A stretch of DNA of 64,000 nt from an uncultured Candidatus Saccharibacteria bacterium. GTDB lineage: Bacteria > Patescibacteriota > Saccharimonadia > Saccharimonadales > JAGQNJ01. A program made the translations under genes and the position numbers. The stretch is from assembly GCA_964493895.1 (NCBI GenBank), contig CAZBPY010000002.1, positions 131,351-195,350 of the forward strand, written 5' to 3'. The notes beneath the pieces are model-generated. The model had not been told where the DNA came from. It saw only the letters and a program-made list of their open reading frames with translations, and did not search any database. Positions within the stretch are counted from its first letter, which is position 1. Every line of letters starts with the position of its first letter. Below, piece by piece: positions 58,234 to 64,000 of this stretch.

Positions 58234-58259
58234 AAACCCCGGCGGTGATGCCAGGGTTT
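58234..58259 (-). terminator. hairpin after the PAP2 gene (weak terminator candidate)
   Basis: The minus strand reads AAACCCTGG-catcaccg-CCGGGGTTT (9 bp including one G-U pair) followed by caagatttat. The U tract is poor. Confidence 0.3.
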
Positions 58260-58316
58260 AGTGGAAGTCTCTCGCTTCCTATCTCAGCATAAGCGATTTA
58301 AACCAATTTTGCAATC

Positions 58317-58940
58317 TTAGCTAGAGAGCTTCTCAGTCACAAACTTCTGGACTGCCAGCCGTGATCCCAAGGCCACGATCACCCCCAAACAAAAGCCACC
58401 AATGATGTCCAGGGGCGCATGAACTCCCAAATAAATTCGCGAAAAACCAACGCTGACAATCCATACCCACAATAACCATTTATAACGCCGGGCTGTGTAT
58501 GGCATCAATGTCATTGCCAAAACTGTCGCTACAGCCGTGTGTCCCGACGGGAAACCGTACCCGCTGGCCTGCTCTAGACGTACCACTATTTCAACAAGCA
58601 CTTCGGCTGGGCGGGGTCGGGCTACCAGCCATTTGACGGCTAAGGTAATCAGAAAAGTGGCAGCTGCATTGGCCATCAGTAAGGCTGCCAACCGCCGTCG
58701 CTTTAAGACAAAAGTCACAGCTACAATAGCCAGCACAGCGCCCAGGCTGCCAGTCTGAGTGATCGAATAGACCAGCTCGCTAAACGGTCCGGGGATTCTA
58801 TAGATTGAATCCAAAATTTGCTGCTCCAAGCCACTGAACTGTTGGGTACTCGATAGCCAAGTCGTCCCAATAAGTCCTACTGCCGCCGCTGATAGCGCCC
58901 ACCAAATGCGCTGCTCGTTCTTAACATGAGCAGTTCCCAT
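58317..58940 (-). CDS. PAP2-family phosphatase (undecaprenyl-diphosphatase/BcrC-like)
   Basis: KWLVARPRP (Kx6RP), FPSGHT (PSGH) and SRIYLGVHAPLD (SRx5Hx3D). The track start is TTG 58976; ATG 58940 lies 6 nt after TATCAT. Confidence 0.85.
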   Translation of the reverse strand: MGTAHVKNEQRIWWALSAAAVGLIGTTWLSSTQQFSGLEQQILDSIYRIPGPFSELVYSITQTGSLGAVLAIVAVTFVLKRRRLAALLMANAAATFLITLAVKWLVARPRPAEVLVEIVVRLEQASGYGFPSGHTAVATVLAMTLMPYTARRYKWLLWVWIVSVGFSRIYLGVHAPLDIIGGFCLGVIVALGSRLAVQKFVTEKLSS

Positions 58941-59035
58941 GACACTATGATAGCTGAGCTTAAGCTTATTACCCAAATTTTATGCACAGCCCCAAGCAGT
59001 TGCAGGCTTTGATGTCTATCCATACAATAGTGGTT

Positions 59036-59938
59036 ATGGCAGAGATCGAACATGTAATAGAAGTCCAAAAACTAGTCAAAAAATTTGGTAATTTTACTGC
59101 CCTAAACCATCTTGATTTAGAAGTACGCCGTGGTGAAGTCCACGGCTTTCTTGGACCTAATGGTGCTGGAAAGTCGACTACCATCCGGATTCTTTTAGGC
59201 CTTTTGCGCAAAACTTCCGGGCAAGCAAGTCTGTTCGGACAAGATCCATGGGCTAACTCAGTCGAACTCCACAAACGATTGTCATATGTACCTGGAGATG
59301 TCAGCTTATGGGACAACCTATCAGGCGGCGAAGTAATCGATCTATTTAGCAGCCTCCGCGGCGGTCTTGACACTAAACGCCGGGCCCAGCTTCTCAAGGA
59401 TTTCCAGCTTGACCCGCGCAAAAAGTGTCGAACCTACTCCAAGGGGAATAGACAGAAGGTTGCCCTGGTAGCAGCTTTGGCGACCGATGCTGAGCTTTAC
59501 ATTATGGATGAGCCAACCAGTGGTCTGGATCCGCTGATGGAATCGGTTTTCCAGAGCTATGTTAATGAGTTAAAGACACAAGACAAAACCATATTACTTT
59601 CTAGTCACATTCTGGCTGAAGTTGAGGCTCTTGCTGATCGAGTAACAATTATTCGTCAAGGCAAAACTGTCGAGACCGGTACCTTGGCCGAGCTGCGCCA
59701 TTTAAGCCGAAACACTGTTCATGTCCATACCAAAAAACCCCTGGCTTCCTTTGCCAAGCTACCTGGTGTGCACGATCCAAAGATTGACAAGAATCGAGCA
59801 GTTTTTGACGTTGAAAATACTGATATAGGTGAGGTTATGAATCATCTGACCAAGTATGAAATTATTAGTCTGACCAGCACTCCGCCAACCCTGGAAGAGC
59901 TATTTATGCGGCATTACGGGGTAAAGGAGGATAAGTGA
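59036..59938 (+). CDS. ABC transporter ATP-binding protein
   Basis: Walker A GPNGAGKST, Q-loop, signature variant YSKGNRQK, and Walker B LYIMDEPTSGLD. ATG 59036 lies 7 nt after TACAAT. Confidence 0.9.
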   Translation: MAEIEHVIEVQKLVKKFGNFTALNHLDLEVRRGEVHGFLGPNGAGKSTTIRILLGLLRKTSGQASLFGQDPWANSVELHKRLSYVPGDVSLWDNLSGGEVIDLFSSLRGGLDTKRRAQLLKDFQLDPRKKCRTYSKGNRQKVALVAALATDAELYIMDEPTSGLDPLMESVFQSYVNELKTQDKTILLSSHILAEVEALADRVTIIRQGKTVETGTLAELRHLSRNTVHVHTKKPLASFAKLPGVHDPKIDKNRAVFDVENTDIGEVMNHLTKYEIISLTSTPPTLEELFMRHYGVKEDK

Positions 59939-61569
59939 AAGCCATCAAGGGCACCGGGAGACTGCTTAGGCTAGCTCTAAGACTCGATCGGATACGGCTG
60001 CCGATTTGGCTGGTGGCTAATATTGGGCTGGTGGCCGTGACGATTCCGCAACTTAAGGAGGCCTATGGCACTGAAGCCGCTCGAACCATGTACGCTTTGG
60101 CCACATCCCCTAGTGTGGTAACTCGTATGTTGGGCGGAGCCTTAACTGGCCCAAGTCTTGGCGAAATAACTATCATTGAAACTTTTTTCACCGTCACCAT
60201 CCTGATCATTCTGATGAATATTTTTCTGGTTGTTCGCCACACTCGAGCTAATGAGGAGGCTAATCGAACCGAAGTTATAGGCTCTACGCCCGTTGGTCGC
60301 CAAGCCAGCCTAACAGCAGCCCTACTGCTGGCGATGGGCCTTAACGTATTAGTTTCGGCGCTGTTATTTTTGGTTCTTCGTCTTAACGGTTATGAGTTAG
60401 CCGGCTCCTTAAATTACAGTCTGGGCATCGGAGCTTTGGGTATGACTTTCGCTGTCATTTCAGCCATAACTGCCCAGCTGTTTGAAAGCGCTCGAGCCGC
60501 CAGCGGCGCCGCCGGCCTTGCCTTTGGGGTGTTTTTTATGCTGAGGGCCATAGGCGACACCTTCGGCCAACTCTTACCAGGAGGTCTGGGTGTCAAATCA
60601 AATCCAACTTCCTGGCTCAGTCCGCTTGGCTGGGTAACCAACATGAAGCCATTTTCGGCCGGCGGCGACCTGTGGTGGCCTCTTCTGATGTTTGCCGGAT
60701 TCATTGTTTTTGGCACAATTGCAGCCTATTGGCTGCTTGACCAGCGTGATGTCGGCGCCGGTCTGTTTGTGCCTAGAAAGGGCCGTTTGCACGCTTCTAA
60801 AAGTCTTTTGAGTCGGTTTGGTCTGGTCTGGCGCCTCAACCGGACAGCCTCAATGGCCTGGTTCATATCATTGGTAGCGACCGGCGCCGCCCTAGGTGGC
60901 ATAGCCAATGAGTTTGCGGATCTGATTGCCAATAATGAGGAGATGCAGCAACTTCTAGCCAGGATTGGTGGCGGTAAAGATGTTTCTGACATCATGTTTG
61001 GAGCTACTTTTGTGATGGTCGGCATAGCAGCCAGCGGTTATGCCTTGCAGATCCTTACTAGAATGCGGGCCGAAGAATCAACGGGTCGTCTGGAGCTAAC
61101 CCTTTCTACTGGCCTGAGCCGTTGGCGGTGGCTAATGACCTATGTGCTATACGCCGTCGGTACCAACGCTGTTATCTTAGCGGCTACCGGACTTGCTGCC
61201 GGGGTTGTCTATGGTATTGTTGATGGCAATCTAGCTGCACATATCAAAACATTAGGCGGCTCAATCATGGTATACGTACCTGCTGTCTCGATAATGGTTG
61301 GTGCATCGTTAGTAATTTTCGGGCTTATTCCTAGGCTGTTTGTCTCGGCAGTTTGGGGTTTATTAGCAGCCAGCCTATTGATTTTCCAAATCGGAGCTTT
61401 GCTTAATCTACCTAGTTGGGTGATCAATTTGTCACCCTTCTCCCACACACCCAGCGTGCCAGCTGTCAGCATCGATTACACACCACTGCTCATTCAAACT
61501 GCCGCAGCCATAAGTCTGGTGATTATTGGTCTGATCTTATTCCGCCGCCGCGATGTGTTAACCAGCTAG
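59935..61569 (+). CDS. ABC-2-type transporter permease (about 12 TM helices)
   Basis: Its GTG start overlaps the ATPase stop. The 544-aa protein is highly hydrophobic with two six-TM halves. Confidence 0.8.
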   Translation: MKAIKGTGRLLRLALRLDRIRLPIWLVANIGLVAVTIPQLKEAYGTEAARTMYALATSPSVVTRMLGGALTGPSLGEITIIETFFTVTILIILMNIFLVVRHTRANEEANRTEVIGSTPVGRQASLTAALLLAMGLNVLVSALLFLVLRLNGYELAGSLNYSLGIGALGMTFAVISAITAQLFESARAASGAAGLAFGVFFMLRAIGDTFGQLLPGGLGVKSNPTSWLSPLGWVTNMKPFSAGGDLWWPLLMFAGFIVFGTIAAYWLLDQRDVGAGLFVPRKGRLHASKSLLSRFGLVWRLNRTASMAWFISLVATGAALGGIANEFADLIANNEEMQQLLARIGGGKDVSDIMFGATFVMVGIAASGYALQILTRMRAEESTGRLELTLSTGLSRWRWLMTYVLYAVGTNAVILAATGLAAGVVYGIVDGNLAAHIKTLGGSIMVYVPAVSIMVGASLVIFGLIPRLFVSAVWGLLAASLLIFQIGALLNLPSWVINLSPFSHTPSVPAVSIDYTPLLIQTAAAISLVIIGLILFRRRDVLTS

Positions 61570-61573
61570 ACCG

Positions 61574-62095
61574 CTATAGTTGGACTGTAGTCTTAGCATC
61601 GCCGCGAGTTTTGCCGTCACCAGCTGAAGTAAATAGGATTTTAGCCTCCCATTCGCCTATACCGGGGTTTTGCAGCCGAGCTTCACAGTGGCCATCTTTC
61701 ACATCGACAGTCTCTTCCGGCCCGTAATTGCCCTGTTTGAGATAGAAAACACATGTACCAGGCTCTTCTGTATCAACAGTAGCGCTTAAAACTACTTCGC
61801 TATTTTCCGGCCGGTTCTGGACTGATAACTTTACGTCCACAACCTCAGTCGCTTCACCATCTTCGGTCACCTTGGTTGATTCCTCAACAGTTTCAACAGC
61901 CGGTAATTCTACCGGATCGACTGGTTTTGGTTGCTGTTGTTGAGCTTGTTCTGCCTGGCGAGCCGCTTCTTCACGAGCCGCAATTTGCCGATCTTGAATG
62001 TAATAACCGCTAATCCCTAAACCAATCGCCAACAAGGTCACCACTGGGACCATCAGGGTCCGGCGACGTGATAGTTTAACAAGTAAAGCTTCCAT
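61574..62095 (-). CDS. hypothetical single-pass membrane protein with a 2-Cys ectodomain
   Basis: N-terminal TM helix VPVVTLLAIGLGISGYYI, a Q/E-rich linker, and a beta-rich C-terminal domain (GTCVFYL...GHCEARL). Confidence 0.6.
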   Translation of the reverse strand: MEALLVKLSRRRTLMVPVVTLLAIGLGISGYYIQDRQIAAREEAARQAEQAQQQQPKPVDPVELPAVETVEESTKVTEDGEATEVVDVKLSVQNRPENSEVVLSATVDTEEPGTCVFYLKQGNYGPEETVDVKDGHCEARLQNPGIGEWEAKILFTSAGDGKTRGDAKTTVQL

Positions 62096-62104
62096 TAATT
62101 CTCC

Positions 62105-62761
62105 TTAAAATACTAGGTAGCTAATCAACATTATAACGCTCATACCTGCCATAAGCACATCCTCTATCAGACTAACCGTGGACAGCGGTAGCTTAATGAT
62201 ATTCCCCAGACAAGCACATTTAATAGCCTGGCCGCCGTTGTTGTTGATGTATTTCAGCACGCCCCAGGCACTAACGCTAAAGATAAACAGGGTCACTATG
62301 TCGCGAAAAACCGGCAATAAATTGGCAACAAATAAGAATCCTAGAAACAATTCAATGAACGGGTAAGCCAGGGTATACCACCGGTATTTGGAGCCAATCG
62401 GATCGTACTCTGGGAACATCATGATAAACATCTCGTAACCGATTAGTTTGAAGCTTCCAAAGATAATCAAAAAGCCGCCCATGAACCACTCCAGCCAAAT
62501 TTGTAGATCAAAGCCCAGCACCCAAGCCATGATAGTGGCACATAGGGTTATTATCCCGTAGACACCGGCCAATTTCCAGCGTTCGCGGGTATTATCCTCA
62601 GCCTGGGCCATACCATCATGATGAGACGGCATGGCAACCGCTTCGGCAGTTTCGGCAATCTCGGCAGATTCGGCTTCAGAATTCTTAGCACTGCTTCGGC
62701 GTTGACCGCTCAAATCGGGTCGGCGACGCTTTTGGTTAACATAGTTATCGTAATACTGCAT
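62105..62761 (-). CDS. MauE/DoxX-like integral membrane protein
   Basis: Four to five TM helices with a CACLG motif before the last helix (MauE-type CxC). The N-terminal tail is acidic. Confidence 0.5.
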   Translation of the reverse strand: MQYYDNYVNQKRRRPDLSGQRRSSAKNSEAESAEIAETAEAVAMPSHHDGMAQAEDNTRERWKLAGVYGIITLCATIMAWVLGFDLQIWLEWFMGGFLIIFGSFKLIGYEMFIMMFPEYDPIGSKYRWYTLAYPFIELFLGFLFVANLLPVFRDIVTLFIFSVSAWGVLKYINNNGGQAIKCACLGNIIKLPLSTVSLIEDVLMAGMSVIMLISYLVF

Positions 62762-62804
62762 ACGCTTGGAGCTATTATATCATCAAGACATCTTTGGGTG
62801 GTGG

Positions 62805-64000
62805 TTAATGCAAACCTGATGTGCTACGATTTTTGCGCAGCAATATGAGTCCGGATACTATCAAACCGACCGCGATTAAAGCAACGACAGCCGGGCTTCT
62901 ACCAGTATCGGCCAGGTTATCTATGACGCTTCCCGAGTCCGGACCTTCTAGTATTGCCTCCAGGGTAGCTGAAAACTCACTGGTGTGTCCAAAACCATCA
63001 TCACTATCATCTGTCATTGTAGTTGTAGCTGTTAAGAACTTGGTACCATTGACACCCTTTGGAACGTCTAAGGTAACCGTGCGCTCAGTTACGTCACCAT
63101 CAACAATGTCAGCCCCCAAGAGAATCTGACCCTGGCCGTGACCTTCATCTTGGTCATTGGCAAAGAATTCGACCCGATAGCCCGTAGCACCTGACTCAGC
63201 ATCATTTATATCCAGACTGTAAGTTATATTGACCTTGCCGTCGCTCGATGTGGCTTGATTTAATACCGGGAAGTTCATGTAGTGATTGGTTGATTCATCG
63301 GGATCGCCCAAATCATTAGCAGTCACCCCATTATTGATAAATGTTGACCCAAAATCAGATGACTCGAGTAAGTCAATTCCCAGGCTGCTAACAAGGGTGT
63401 TGCCTGAATTTTGATAGATACTATTGCCTACAATCGAGTTATTAACTGACTGGAGAGGAGTCATGCTTACCGCAAAGACTCCGGCTCCATTACCGCGAAT
63501 CAGGTTTCCCTCCCCGGGATTAGCACCACCAATTAGGTTGTTGATGGTATCTGCCAGCATAGTAATAGCTGATCCTTCAGCTGAATCGCTTAAAGGGTTT
63601 CCATTTTTATCAGTACCAATATAGTTACCCTGGACACGGTTTCCGCTTGTGTTAGTACCGGCAAAGCTACCTAAAATCATTACGGCAAACTGAGTATTCA
63701 TAGCACAGGGGGCAATAATGTTTCTAGATCCAGTTTCTGAGCCGCCGACTTGATTGTTGTTTCCTTGAATTACCAAGTTTCCGGTGTTTGAGGTCTGGCA
63801 GTTACTCAACATTGAGTCGCCACTACCATTCAAGCCTATGTAGTTGCCTATGATATCGTTGTCATCGCTGTTAATTGCGACTCCTGAGATAGCATTATCG
63901 GAGAAAATATTGCGCTGTGTCGAACTGGTGCCTCCGATAGTGTTATTGTCACCGAATATGTCGATACCGCTGCCAAGGTTACCCTCACCAGTAGTAGCTG
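62805..64000 (-). CDS. cell-surface parallel beta-helix repeat protein with a C-terminal LAxTG sorting signal (C-terminal ~398 aa; N-terminus lies beyond the window end)
   Basis: My translation shows the frame open to nt 64000 (…GNLGSGIDIFGDNNTIGGTSSTQRNIFSDNAISGVAINSDDNDIIGNYIGLNGSGD…), so TTG 63833 is not the true start. Gly/Asn-rich ~22-aa repeats are present. The C-terminus is LADTG plus a hydrophobic helix plus RKNR. Confidence 0.85.
   Translation of the reverse strand, partial: ATTGEGNLGSGIDIFGDNNTIGGTSSTQRNIFSDNAISGVAINSDDNDIIGNYIGLNGSGDSMLSNCQTSNTGNLVIQGNNNQVGGSETGSRNIIAPCAMNTQFAVMILGSFAGTNTSGNRVQGNYIGTDKNGNPLSDSAEGSAITMLADTINNLIGGANPGEGNLIRGNGAGVFAVSMTPLQSVNNSIVGNSIYQNSGNTLVSSLGIDLLESSDFGSTFINNGVTANDLGDPDESTNHYMNFPVLNQATSSDGKVNITYSLDINDAESGATGYRVEFFANDQDEGHGQGQILLGADIVDGDVTERTVTLDVPKGVNGTKFLTATTTMTDDSDDGFGHTSEFSATLEAILEGPDSGSVIDNLADTGRSPAVVALIAVGLIVSGLILLRKNRSTSGLH

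Noticed and set aside
58174-58316. I considered the 143-nt region upstream of gltS as a possible riboswitch (for example glutamine/glutamate-responsive). It contains hairpins and a repeated CGCTTATG.
   Set aside because: I could not match it to any riboswitch consensus I know; no glnA-RNA-like E-loop/pseudoknot strings are present. The hairpins are better explained as a weak terminator for the upstream PAP2 gene followed by a TGgTATAGT promoter close to the gltS start.
1-64000. I searched for CRISPR arrays, tandem repeats, IS elements, integrases, prophage genes, tRNA/rRNA genes and UGA recoding.
   Set aside because: I saw no regularly spaced direct repeats, no transposase- or integrase-like ORFs, and no cloverleaf or rRNA-like conserved strings in any intergenic region, all of which are shorter than about 210 nt. 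TGA functions as a stop in several ATGA overlaps, so there is no sign of an alternative code. A by-eye scan cannot exclude short dispersed repeats.

Overview
This window is very gene-dense, with about 65 protein-coding genes. I found no rRNA, tRNA, CRISPR array, transposase or integrase on either strand. The content is core housekeeping for a small-genome, Gram-positive-type bacterium: recG (partial), tyrS, class A PBP, radA, clpC, nusA, pepN, yraN-rnhB-rplS, malic enzyme, pilB, dnaE, gatCAB, uvrB, a long sugar-phosphate operon (gap-rpiB-rpe-split tkt-fba-pfkB), ppa, trxB, pheST, yajQ, NDH-2, rmuC, a ZIP/Fur pair, gltS, a PAP2/ABC pair and an LAxTG-sorted beta-helix surface protein (partial). 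The reduced metabolism, type IV pilus ATPase, LAxTG sorting signal and many lineage-specific orphan ORFs suggest a Patescibacteria/CPR genome, possibly Saccharibacteria-like. That placement is inference only, because no search was possible. The genetic code looks standard, since TGA is used as a stop in several ATGA stop/start overlaps. There is no obvious defence island or mobile element. The points most worth a second look are listed here.

1. Most operon-leading genes have an extended -10 box 6-8 nt from the start codon, which implies systematic leaderless mRNAs.
2. A perfect CIRCE operator overlaps the clpC promoter.
3. A GC-rich nested-hairpin element with a 15-bp perfect stem lies between the convergent PBP and radA genes.
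4. Uncharacterised genes are translationally coupled inside normally invariant operons: gatCA-X-B, pheS-X-Y-pheT and clpC-X-radA.
5. An unknown 417-aa protein is coupled to a SLOG/LOG-like Rossmann protein at the tail of the pentose-phosphate/glycolysis operon.

All family calls come from motif recognition in the supplied translations, not from database searches. Start codons were re-evaluated because the ORF track uses TTG/GTG starts and the longest ORF.
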